A DNA stretch of 64,000 nucleotides from Hemiscyllium ocellatum (lineage: Eukaryota): NCBI RefSeq assembly GCF_020745735.1, contig NC_083444.1, forward strand, positions 7,508,338 to 7,572,337. The letters are read 5' to 3'. A program made the translations under genes and the position numbers. This document shows, piece by piece, positions 36,780 through 48,400 of this stretch (position 1 is its first letter; each line of letters starts with the position of its first letter). A model generated the notes under the pieces. The model saw nothing but the letters and a program-made list of their open reading frames with translations, had not been told where the DNA came from and ran no database searches.

Positions 36780-37350
36780 TTCCCATGGCCAATCCACCCT
36801 AACCTGCACATCCCTGGGCACTATGGGACAATTTAGCACGGCCTATCCACACTAACCTGCACATCCCTGGGCACTATGGGACAATTTAGCACGGCCTATC
36901 CACACTAACCTGCACATCCCTGGGCACTATGGGACAATTTAGCACGGCCTATCCACTCTAACCTGCACATCCCTGGGCACTATGGGACAATTTAGCACGG
37001 CCTATCCACACTAACCTGCACATCCCTGGGCACTATGGGACAATTTAGCATGGCCAATCCACCCTAACCTGCACATCCCTGGGCACTATGGGACAATTTA
37101 GCATGGCCAATCCACCCTAACCGGCACATCCCTGGGCACTATGGGACAATTTAGCACGGCCTATCCACACTAACCTGCACATCCCTGGGCACTATGGGAC
37201 AATTTAGCATGGCCAATCCACCCTAATCTGCACACCCCTGGGCACTATGGGACAATTTAGCACGGCCAATCCACCCTAACCTGCACATCCCTGGGCACTA
37301 TGGGACAATTTAGCACGGCCAATCCACCCTAACCTGCACATCCATGGACA
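36780..37350. repeat. 53-bp SINE-derived tandem array, about 11 copies
   Basis: Same unit and period (36801, 36854...). Confidence 0.9.
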
Positions 37351-37354
37351 CTGT

Positions 37355-37663
37355 GGGCGGCACGGTGGCACAGTGGTTAGCACTGCTGCCTCACAGCGCC
37401 TGAGACCCGGGTTCAATTCCTGCCTCAGGCGACTGACTGTGTGGAGTTTGCACGTTCTCCCCGTGTCTGTGTGGGTTTCCTCCGGGTGCTCCGGTTTCCT
37501 CCCACAGTGCAAAGATGTGCGGGTCAGGTGAATTGGCCATGCTAAATTGCCCGTAGTGTTAGGTATGGGGTAAATGTAGGGATATGGGTGGGTTGCGCTT
37601 CGGCGGGTCGGCGTGGACCTGTTGGGCCGAAGGGCCTGTTTCCACACTGTAAGTAATCTAATC
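37355..37663 (+). mobile_element. HE1/V-SINE inserted in an older antisense SINE
   Basis: Full-length copy interrupting a minus-strand SINE whose core is tandemly amplified. Confidence 0.85.
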
Positions 37664-38415
37664 ACTATGGGACAATTTAGCACGGCCAATCCACCCTAAC
37701 CTGCACATCTTTGGAATATGGAAGGAAACTCACACAGACACGGGGAGAATGTGCAAACTCTACACACAAGATAGTCACCCGAGACTGGAATCAAACCCGG
37801 GTCCCTGTCACAGTGAGGCAGCAGTGCTAACCACTGAGCCACCATGCCACCTTACTCCACTCACCTCCTCGCCCCTTTATATGCAGAGTTCCTGGATTCT
37901 GACTAGCCCGGGTGATTGACTGAGCATGCTCAAGCCCCTGGACAGATATTGCAGCCTGCTGTTGGTTCACTCTACCAGGAACCACACACCCCCATCCCCC
38001 ATAAGTAAGGGCTGTACCCCTTAACAATGCTGACAGCCATCATCACCTTCCTGGTGCTCAGCAGCAAAGCAAGAAACAATGTGATCCTGATATCTCTGAG
38101 TGAGGGGCAAAGCCATAAGATATAGGGAATCGTCGAGTTCTACAGCAGAGAGAGAGGCCATTCAGCCCAAACTCATCCATGCTGACTAAAATGTCCATCC
38201 ACTCCAACCCCATTTCCCTGCACTTGACCCATAGCCTCCTAAATTTTCCTATTACGTCTTTGTCCAAATGCCTTTTAAATCTTGTAAATATAGGAGCAGA
38301 ATTGGGCTTTTTAGCCCTTTGAGTCTGAATTTATTCGATCACATCTGACAAGTTTCTCAACCCTATTCTCCTGCCTTCTCCCTGTAACCCTTGACCCCCT
38401 CACCAATCAAGAACC

Positions 38416-38451
<36 letters not shown>

Positions 38452-38829
38452 CAAAAGACACTGAATGACTTGCCCTCCACAGCCCTTTGTGGTAATGAGT
38501 TCCACAGCTTCACCACCCTCTGACTGAAGAAATTCCCCCTCACCTCAGTCCACCCCTTCACCCTGAGGATGTGCCCTCGGGTCCTAGTCTCTCCGACCAG
38601 TGGAAACCCCTTCTCCACTCTATCCAGGCCTCTCGGTATTCTGTATGTTTCAACCAGATCCCACCCACCCACCCCCATCCTTCTAAGCCCCATCGGGTAC
38701 AGACCCAGAGTCCTCAACCGCTCCCCATAAGACAAGCCCTTCATCCCTGGGATCATTTCTCTGGAACTTCCTCTGGAACCCCCCGCCAAGGCACACCCTT
38801 CTTTCGATACGGGGTCCAAAATTGCGCAT

Positions 38830-39410
38830 GATATCCCAAAGTTGAAAAATGTGATGCTGGAACAAACACAGCAGGCCAGGCAGCATCCGCGGAGCAGGAG
38901 AATCAACGTTTTGGGCATAAGCCCTTCTTCAGGAATTCCTCCAGGCGTCGTGTGGTCAGGGTCTGGCGATGGAGGAGGCCAAGGACCTGCATGTCCTTGG
39001 TGGACTGGGAGGGGAGAGTTAAAGTGTTCAACCATGGGACAGTTAGGTTGGTTGGTGCGGGTGTCCCAGGGGTGTTCCCTGAAACGTTCCGCAAGTAGGC
39101 GGCCTGTCTTCCCAATGTAGAGAAGATCACATCGGGTGCAGCGGATATGGTGTGGAGGTGCAGGTGAATTTGCGACAGATATGGAAGGATCCATTGGGGC
39201 CTTGGAGGGAGGTGAGGGGGGAGGTGTGGGCGCAAGTTTTGCACTTCTTGCGGTTGCAGGGGAAGGTGCCGGGGGGGAGGTTGGGTTGGTGGGGGGTGGG
39301 GTGGACCTGACGAGGGAGTCGCGGAGGGAGTGGTCTCTCCGGAACACTGATGGGGTGGGGAGGGGAATATATCCCTGATGGTGGGGTCTGTTTGGAGGTG
39401 GTACGATATC
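38830..39410 (-). mobile_element. Penelope-like element fragment
   Basis: Frameshifted GIY-YIG (IRCTRCDLLYIGKTGRLLAERFREH) and a terminal repeat with CTGAAGA-GGGCTTATGCCC. Confidence 0.8.
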
Positions 39411-39659
39411 CCAATACAGTCTGACTGGAGCATTATGCCCATTCTATTCCACTCATTCTCTCAATTCTCCCTGTTTTTCTCAAGTTAATGGGGATGATGA
39501 AAGAGGGTCTAATTTTGTGAATCAGTTTGGGATTACTAGCCATCTCTGATGGCTGCCTAGCAGTTGTAAGCTTTTGGTTCTTATTACGAAACACTGAGAG
39601 ATTCAAAGAGAATGAGATCTTTGTACATGGTATTACGTCCAAATTGAGAGTAGGCCGGG

Positions 39660-42545
39660 CAGTATCAGGAGGTGGAGAAGTCAACGTTTCGGGTGTAACC
39701 TTTCTTCAGGACTGGGGCTGTGGGTGTAAGGGGAGCTGCAGATAAAGGGGGCGGTGATGACATGGGGATAACGTCAGGGGAGGTGAACACAGGTCGAGGG
39801 ATGACCTGGTTGGTCATTGGTCAGACTGCCATTGCACCTCCTCAATTTTCCAATCCACTGCTCGAAATCCCCCCACCCCCCACCTCTAAACAAAAGACAG
39901 GGTTCCCCCTTGTCCTCACCTACCACCTCACCAGTCTCCGCATCCAACGCATCATCTTTAAACACCTCCACCAACTCCAATTAGACCCCCACCACCAAGA
40001 ACATCTTCCCCTCCCTGCCCTTCCACAAGGACCGTTTCCTTCGACAGTCTTTGGTTTGAGCAACTCTCCCCACCAACCCCCCCCTCTGAACCCTCAGGTA
40101 TCTTCCCCCGCAACTGGAAAAGTTGCAAAATCTGCTGGTGCACCACCCCCCTTCACCTCCCTCCAGGGTCCCAAACAGTGCTTCCAGGTGAGATAGATGT
40201 TCACCTGCCTCTCCTCCAACCTGGTTTACTGCATCAGGTGCTCCCGGTGTGGTCTTCTCTACATCGGGGAGACTAAATATAAACTTAGGTAACGTTTTGT
40301 CGAGCATTTCAGCCGGACCTCTCAGTCCCTGCCCATTTTAATTCCCCTTCCCAATCCCTGTCCCACACAACCATCCTTGGCCTCTTCCATTCTCACAATG
40401 AATCAGACCGCAAATTGGAGGACCAACACCTCATCTTCCGTCTGGGCATCCTACAGCCCAGAGGACTCAACATTGAATCCTCCAATTTCAAATAACCTCC
40501 CTTCCCATCCCCTGATCCACTTTTCAGCCCATCCTCCTCCCTTCCAATTCCCGACTCCCTTCCCAACACTTACCCCTCCCCTTCCAATTCCTGACTCCCT
40601 TCCCAGCCCCTTCCCCCTCCCTTCCAATTCCCAACTCCCTCCCCAGCCCCTACACCTCCCTTCCAAACCCCGACTTCCTTTCCAGCCCCTCCTCTCCCCG
40701 ATTACTTTCCCAGCCCCTACCCCTCCCTTCCATCCCTGACTCCCTTCCCAACCCCTCCACCTTCCCTTCCAATCCCTGACTCCCTTCCCAGACCCTCCCC
40801 CTCCCTTCCATTCCTTCAATGGACCCTTCCTTCCAGTCACCAACCGGACTCATTCCTCCCATCGACCAACCAGGTTGCACCCTCTACCTGTGCTCACCTG
40901 TCCCTACCTCACCAGTCCACCCCTCTCCCCATCTAAAACTGTCCCCACCTCTTTTTCTGTAGCTCCTTAACACCCCCCCAGCCCTGCCCCAGTCCTGATG
41001 AAGACCTACACCTACAATGTTGACATCTCCACCCCTTGGCACTGCCAGCTTGCAGTGCTTTTCCTGCCTCCTGCTTGTCCACCTTCGATGCCAGCATCTG
41101 TGGTTTAGGTCTGATCTCCAACCGGGTTTGTACCACGTCTTTAAGAGATGCCCACAGTTTGAAGAGTTGCTCTTCCTCCCTTACAGACGTGCACTCAGTG
41201 AGCCCCTTCCTCACCGCCCGTCCCTCCGTGCCCTCTTCGGTCCTCCAGCTCTTTTGACCCCTCACACCATGAAACAAACTCGTCCGTGACGAGGGTAACT
41301 GTTTTCCCTGGAGTCTCGGGGGCTGAGGGGTGACCTGATAGAGGTTTACAAAATTATGAGGAGCATGGATAGGGTAAATAGACAAGTCTTCTCCCTGGGG
41401 TGGGGGAGTCCAGAACTAGAGGGCATAGGTTTGGGGTGAGAGAGGAAAGATATAAAAGAGACCTAAGGGACAACATTTTCATACAGGGCGTGGTACATCT
41501 ATGGAATGAGCTGCCAGAGGAAGTGATGGAGGCTGGTACAATTGCAACATTTAAGAGGCATTTGGATGGGTGTCGATTGGATTGGGATATCTGGCCGGCC
41601 ATGCTGTACATCTGTGACTCTATAATTCCTCCACCTCCACTGCATCTGCTCAGACAAGGAGACATTCCACTCCCAAGCATCCCAGATATCCACCTCCTTT
41701 GAATAATGTGCTTTTCCTCCCACTGCCCTCCACACAGCCCTCCACCGCACCACCCCCATTCTCTGTTCCGCTGCTCTGAACCCCTTACTCCCCCAAATGC
41801 AATAAACACAAGGTCCCCCTTGTCCTCACCTACCATCCCACCAGTCTCCGCATCCAATACATCATCCTTAAACACTTCTGCCAGCTCCAACTGGACCCCA
41901 CCACCAAAAACATCTTCCCTTCCCCAACCCTCTCTGCCTTCCACAAAGAACAATCCCTTGGCCAATCCTTGGTTCATGCCACTCTCCCCACCAACCCTCC
42001 CCTCCCCCAAACCCCCAGGTACCTTCCCCTGTAACCAGTAAAGATGGAAACCCTGCCGGCCCACTCCTCACCTCCATCCAGGGCCCCAAAACAGTCCTTC
42101 TAGGTGAGATAGATGTTCACCTGCCTCTCCTCCAACCTGGCGAAAGTGAGGACTGCAGATGCTGGAGATCAGAGTCAAGATCAGAGCGGTGCTGGAAAAG
42201 CACAGCAGGTCAGGCAGCATCTGAGGAGCGGGAAAATCGGCGTTCTGGGCAGGAGCCGTTGTGAGACGAAATGTAAACTCAGAGCGCGTTACATCGAGCA
42301 CCTCAGCTGGGTCCGCAGAGACTGACCAGACCTTCCAGTCCCTGCCCACTTCAATTCCCCTTCCCACTCCCTTTCCGATATGACCACCCTTGGCCTCCTC
42401 CATTGCTGCAAATTGGAGGAACAACACCTCATCTTCCGCCTGGGCAGCCAGCAGCCCGGAGGACTCAACATTGAGTGCACCAATGTCAAATAACCTCCCT
42501 TCCCTACCTCACCATCCTACTCTTCCCGCACACCCCCACTTTATC
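39660..42545 (+). mobile_element. Cluster of decayed Penelope-like fragments interleaved with a CR1 3' piece
   Basis: PLVLTYH and YIGET-like remnants at about 39900-40450, 41800-42130 and 42270-42500; terminal-repeat pieces at about 39680, 41010 and 42140; CR1 3' end at about 41290-41620. Confidence 0.7.
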
Positions 42546-43575
42546 TGCAGCTCAGAGAAAGTGAGGTCTGCAGATGCTGGAGATCTGAGCTGAAAATGTG
42601 TTGCTGGAAAAGCGCAGCAGGTCAGGCAGCATCCAAGGAACAGGAGATTCGACGTTTCGGGCATGAGCCCTTTTTTAAGGTGGAAGGAGGTCAAGGTGAG
42701 GGTGATAGGCTGGAGTGGGGTGGGGGCGGAGAGGTCAAGAAGAAGATTGTAGGTTAGGAAGGTGGTGCTGAGTTCGAGGGTTGGGACTGAGATAAGGTGG
42801 GGGGAGGGGAAATGAGGAAACTGGAGAAATCTGAGTTCATCCCTTGTGGTTGGAGGGTTCCTAGTTGGAAGATGAGGCGCTCTTCCTCCAGCCGTTGTGT
42901 TGCTATGGTCTGGAGATGGAGGAGTCCAAGGACATGCATGTCCTTAATGGAGTGGGAGGAGGAGTTGAAGTGTTGAGCCACGGAATGGTTGGGTTGGTTG
43001 GTCCGGGTGTCCTAGAGGTGTTCTCTGAAACGTTCCGCAAGTAGGCGGCCTGTCTCCCCAAAATAGCGGAGGCCACATCAGGTGCAGCGGATGCAGTAAA
43101 TGATGTGTGTGGAGGTGCAGGTGAATTTGTGGTGGATATGAAAGGATCCCTTGGGGCCTTGGAGAGAAGTAAGGGGGGAGGTGGGGGCGCAAGTTTTGCA
43201 TTTCTTGCAGTTGCAGGGGAAGATGCCGGGAGTGGAGGTTGGGTTGATGGGGGGTGTGGACCTGACAAGGGAGTCACAGAGGGAATGGGGGGGGTCTTTT
43301 TGGAATGCTGATTGGGGAGGGGAGGGAAATATATCCCTGGTGGTGGGGTCCGTTTGGAGGTGGCGGAAATGACGACGGATGATATGATGTATATGGAGGT
43401 TGGTGGGGTGGTAGGTGAGGACCAGTGGGGTTCTGTCCTGGTGGCGATTGGAGGGGCGGGGCTCAGGGGCGGAGGAGCGGGAAGTGGAGGAGATGCTGTG
43501 GAGAGCATCGTCAATCACGTCTGGGGGGAAATTGCGGTCTTTGAAGAAGGAGGCCATCTGGGTTGTTCGGTATTG
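42545..43575 (-). mobile_element. Penelope-like element 3' fragment
   Basis: ORF 43078-43557 (PLVLTYHP...CNCKKCKTC...IIYCIRC), continuing to YIGETGR-type sequence, then a terminal repeat with a GGGCTCATGCCCGAAACGTC hammerhead half. Confidence 0.85.
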
Positions 43576-43576
43576 G

Positions 43577-44592
43577 TTTTAGGTGGAAGGATGTTAAGGT
43601 GAGGGTGATAGGCCGGTTTTAGGTGGAAGGATGTTAAGGTGAGGGTGATAGGCCGGTTTTAGGTGGAAGGAGGTTAAGGTGAGGGTGATAGGCCGGTTTT
43701 TAGGTGGAAGGAGGTTAAGGTGAGGGTGATAGGCCGGTTTTAGGTGGAAGGGGGTTAAGGTGAGGGTGATAGGCTGGTTTTTAGGTGGAAGGATGTTAAG
43801 GTGAGGGTGATAGGCCGGTTTTAGGTGGAAGGAGGGTAAGGTGAGGGTGATAGGCCGCTTTTAGGTGGAAGGATGTTAAGATGAGGGTGATAGGCCGCTT
43901 TTAGGTGGAAGGATGTTAAGGTGAGGGTGATAGGCCGGTTTTAGGTGGAAGGATGTTAAGGTGAGGGTGATAGGCCGGTTTTTAGGTGGAAGGATGTTAA
44001 GATGAGGGTGATAGGCCGGTTTTAGGTGGAAGGAGGTTAAGGTGAGGGTGATAGGCTGGTTTTAGGTGGAAGGAGGTTAAGGTGAGGGTGATAGGCCGGT
44101 TTTAGGTGGAAGGAGGGTAAGGTGAGGGTGATAGGCCGCTTGTAGGTGGAAGGATGTTAAGATGAGGGTGATAGGCTGGTTTTTAGGTGGAAGGAGGTTA
44201 AGGTGAGGGTGATAGGCCGCTTTTAGGTGGAAGGATGTTAAGGTGAGGGTGATAGGCCGCTTTTAGGTGGAAGGATGTTAAGGTGAGGGTGATAGGCCGG
44301 TTTTAGGTGGAAGGAGGTTAAGGTGAGGGTGATAGGCCGGTTTTAGGCGGAAGGAGGTTAAGGTGAGGGTGATAGGCCGGTTTTAGGTGGAAGGAAGTTA
44401 AGGTGAGGGTGATAGGCCGGTTTTAGGTGGAAGGAGGTTAAGGTGAGGGTGATAGGCTGGTTTTAGGTGGAAGGATGTTAAGGTGAGGGTGATAGGCTGG
44501 CTTTAGGTGGAAGGAGGTTAAGGTGAGGGTGATAGGCCGGTTTTTAGTTGGAAGGATGTTAAGATGATTTTAGGTGGAAGGAGGTTAAGGTG
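43577..44592. repeat. 40-bp minisatellite, about 25 copies
   Basis: Unit TTTTAGGTGGAAGGATGTTAAGGTGAGGGTGATAGGCCGG, period 40 (43581, 43621...). Confidence 0.95.
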
Positions 44593-45425
44593 ATTTATCT
44601 GCAGCTCGCCTTGTATCCATTTACAGTCCTGAAGTAGAGGGAAGGGCAGGGAGACGACAGCTTTCCAGTTACAAATAACTCTCTGACTCAAGGCTGTTTC
44701 TCTGTTGGTTAGATGGGCTTCAGATTGGGATCACAGGTCAGTGCAACACTGAGGGCCAAGGGGCCTGTACTGCGCTGGAATATTGAATGCTGTAAGATTG
44801 TGAAAGTGCAGCCCGCCCGAGAGCTCATTCTGCTCTGACCCGGGGCATTTCATTTGAAGAGATTAAAGCCGTCTGGAGGCTGAGCGGGGGAAGGGGATGG
44901 GAGGGAGACTGCAGTCTCCGAGTTACAAATGATTCTCCGCCTCAAGGCTGTTCCTTGAAGGTAACTTGAGCCTCTGAGATCGAAGGGATCTCCACAGTGA
45001 TAGTTACTGAACAAGAGATAGACATAGCTTCCCCTCCAAACAACCAAACTGCCAGACCAGCAGGCATTTAAATTTGCCATCCCTGTGCCTGTGTGTTAAG
45101 TAACTTCACTCACACAGACACACACTCTCAGGCACTTCCTCCTGCACCCAGCCACACAACAGGCTCCCCATCCACCCTCCACTCATTGCTACAGCGTTGT
45201 TGTTGGTTCTTGGCGATCGAAGTTTATTTGCGCTCTCTGACAATCCCAGCAGAGATGCCTTTACTCAGTGGGGCTCAGTGCAGTCTCCGATGGTCACTGG
45301 TTCAGAGGGAAGCAGTTCAGCGGCACAGATAACAGTCAACGGGCTTCACCAGGCAGCACTTACCACGAGGGCTGATGCAGAGAGAAAGGCCCCCGAGCAT
45401 CACCCAAAACACTGACTCCACCACC

Positions 45426-48400
45426 TTCAGCCTCCTGCCTGTCTCCTTGCTGTGTTCCCCCAGCCTCCTGCCTGTCTCTTTGATGTGTTCCCCCAGCCTT
45501 CTGCCTGTCTCCTTGATGTGTTCTCTGAGACATCTTCCTGTCCCCTTGCTGTATTCCCTCAGTTTCCTAGGTAAAAACAATGACTGCAGATGCTGGAAAC
45601 CAGATGCTGGATCAGTGGTGCTGGAAGAGCACAGCAGTTCAGGCAGCATCCAACGAGCAGCTGGATGAAGGGCTTTTGCCCGAAATGTCGATTTCGCTGC
45701 TCATTGGATGCTGCCTGAACTGCTGTGCTCTTCCAGCACCACTGATCCATCAGTCTCCTGCCTGTCTCCTTGTCTGTTCTCCCAACCTCCTTCCTGTCTC
45801 CTTGCTGTGTTCCCTCAGCATCCCGCCTGTCTACTTGCTGTGTTCTCCCAGCATCCTGCCTGTCTCCTTGCTGTGTTCCCTCTGACATCTGTCAGTTTAC
45901 TTGCTGAGTTCTCCAGCCCCCTGCCTGTTTCCACACTGTGTTGTCCCAGCCTCCTACCAGTCTCCTTGCTGTGTTCTCCCAGCTTCCTGCCTGTCTCCTT
46001 GCTGTGTTCCCTCAGCCTCCTGCCTGTCTCCTTGCTGTGTTCCCTCAGCCTCCTGCCTGTCTCCTTACTGTGTTCCCTCTGCATCCTGCCTGTCTCCTTG
46101 CTGTGTTCTCCCAGCGTCCTGCCTCTTTCCTTGCTGTGTTCACTCAGCCTCCTGCCAGTTTCCTTGCTGTGTTGCCCCAGCCTCCTGCCTGTCTCCTTGC
46201 TATGTTCTCCCAGCCTCCTGCCTGTCTCCTTACTGTGTTCTTCCAGCTTCCTGCCTGTCTTCTTGCTGTGTTCCCTGAGCCTCCTGCCCGTCCCCTTGCT
46301 GTGTTCTCCCAGCCTCCTGCCTGTCTCTTTGCATTGTTCCCACTGCCTCCAGCCTGTCTTCTTGCTGTGTTCCCTGAGCCTCCTGCCTGTCTCCTTGATG
46401 TGTTCTCCCAGCTTCCTGCCTGTCTCCTTGCATTGTTCCCACTGCCTCCTGCCTGTCTTCTTGCTGTGTTCCCTGAGCCTCCTGCCTGTCTCCTTGATGT
46501 GTTCTCCCAGCTTCCTGCCTGTCTCCTTGCATTGTTCCCACTGCCTCCTGCCTGTCTTCTTGCTGTGTTCCCTGAGCCTCCTGCCTGTCTCCTTGCTGTG
46601 TTCTCCCAGCCTCCTGCCTGTCTCCTTGCATTGTTCCCACTGCCTCCTGCCTGTCTTCTTGCTGTGTTCCCTGAGCCTCCTGCCTGTCTCCTTGCTGTGT
46701 TCTCTGAGACATCTTCCTGTCCCCTTGCTGTATTCCCTCAGTTTCCTAGGTAAAAACAATGACTGCAGATGCTGGAAACCAGATGCTGGATCAGTGGTGC
46801 TGGAAGAGCACAGCAGTTCAGGCAGCATCCAACGAGCAGCTGGATGAAGGGCTTTTGCCCGAAACGTCGATTTCGCTGCTCATTGGATGCTGCCTGAACT
46901 GCTGTGCTCTTCCAGCACCACTGATCCATCAGTCTCCTGCCTGTCTCCTTGTCTGTTCTCCCAACCTCCTTCCTGTCTCCTTGCTGTGTTCCCTCAGCAT
47001 CCCGCCTGTCTCCTTGCTGTGATCCCTCAGCCTCCTGCCTGTCTCCTTGCTGTGTTCCATCTGCCTCCTGCCTGTCTCCTTGCTGTGATCCCTCAGCCTC
47101 CTGCCTGTCTCCTTGCTGTGTTCTCCCAGCCTCCTGCCTGTCTCCTTGCTGTGTTCCATCTGCCTCCTGCCTGTCTCCTTGCTGTGATCCCTCAGCCTCC
47201 TGCCTGTCTCCTTGCTGTGTTCTCCCTGCCTCCTGCCTGTCTCCTTGCTGTGTTCCATCTGCCTCCTGCCTGTCTCCTTGCTGTGTTCTCCCAGCCTCCC
47301 GCCTGTCTCCTTGCTTTGTCCCCACGGCCTCCTGCCTGTCTCCTTGCTGTGTTTCCCCAGCCTCCTGCCTGTCTCCTTACTGTGTTCTCCCAGCTCCTGC
47401 CTGTCTCCTTACTGTGTTCTCCCAGCTCCTGCCTGTCTCCTTGCTGAGTTCTCCCAGCCTCCTGCCTGTCTACTTGCTCTGTTGTCCCAGCCTCTTGTCT
47501 ATCTCTTTGCTTTTTCTCCCTGCTTCCTGCCTGTCTCTTGCTGTGTTCTCCCAGCCTCCTGCCTGTCTTCTTGCTGTGCTCTCCCAGCCTCCTGCCTGTC
47601 TCCTTGCTGTGTTCCCCCAGCCTCCTGCCTGTCTTCTTGCTGTGTTCTCCCAGCTTCCTGCCTGTCTCCTTGCATTGTTCCCACTGCCTCCTGCCTGTCT
47701 CCATGATGTGTTCTCTCAGCCTCCTGCCTGTCTCCTTGCTGTGTTCCCACTGCCACCTGCCTGTCTCCTTGCTGTGTTCCCTCAGCCTCCTGCCTGTCTC
47801 CTTGCTGTGTTCTCCCAGCCTCCTGCCTGTCTCCTTGCTGTGTTCTCCCTGCCTCCTGCCTGTCTCCTTGCTCTGTTGTCCCAGCCTCTTGTCTATCTCT
47901 TTGCTTTTTCTCCCTGCTTCCTGCCTGTCTCTTGCTGTGTTCACTCAGCCTCCTGCCTGTCCCCTTGCTTTTTTCTCCCAGCCTCCTGCCTGTCTCCTTG
48001 CTGTGTTCCCTCAGCCTCCTGCCTGTCTCCTTGCTGTGTTCTCCGAAGCCTCCTGCCTGTCTCCTTGCTGTGTTCCCTCAGCCTCCTGCCTGTCTTCTTG
48101 CTGTGTTCCCTCAGCCTACTGCCTGTCCCCTTGCTGTGTTCTCCCAGCCTCCTGCCTGTCTCCTTGCTGTGTTCCCCCAGCCTCCTGCCTGTCTCCTTGC
48201 TGTGTTCCCTCAGCCTACTGCCTGTCCCCTTGCCGTGTTCCCTCAGCCTCCTGCCTGTCTCCTTGCTGTGTTCCCCCAGCCTACTACCTGTCCCCTTGCT
48301 GTGTTCCCCCAGCCTCCTGCCTGTCTCCTTGCTGTGTTCCCTCAGCCTACTGCCTGTCTCCTTGCTGTGTTCTCCCAGCCTCCTGCCTGTCTCCTTGCTT

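Noticed and set aside
38027-38105. MLTAIITFLVLSSKARNNVILISL followed by GTGAGG on the plus strand, a possible signal-peptide exon
   Set aside because: Weak donor, short hydrophobic core and no downstream partner exon identified.
45364-45400. Strong minus-strand donor GTG|GTAAGT after MLGGLSLCISPR, a possible leader exon of a second Ig gene
   Set aside because: The peptide is too short and weakly hydrophobic for a signal peptide, and I found no matching V exon between 33.5 and 45 kb.
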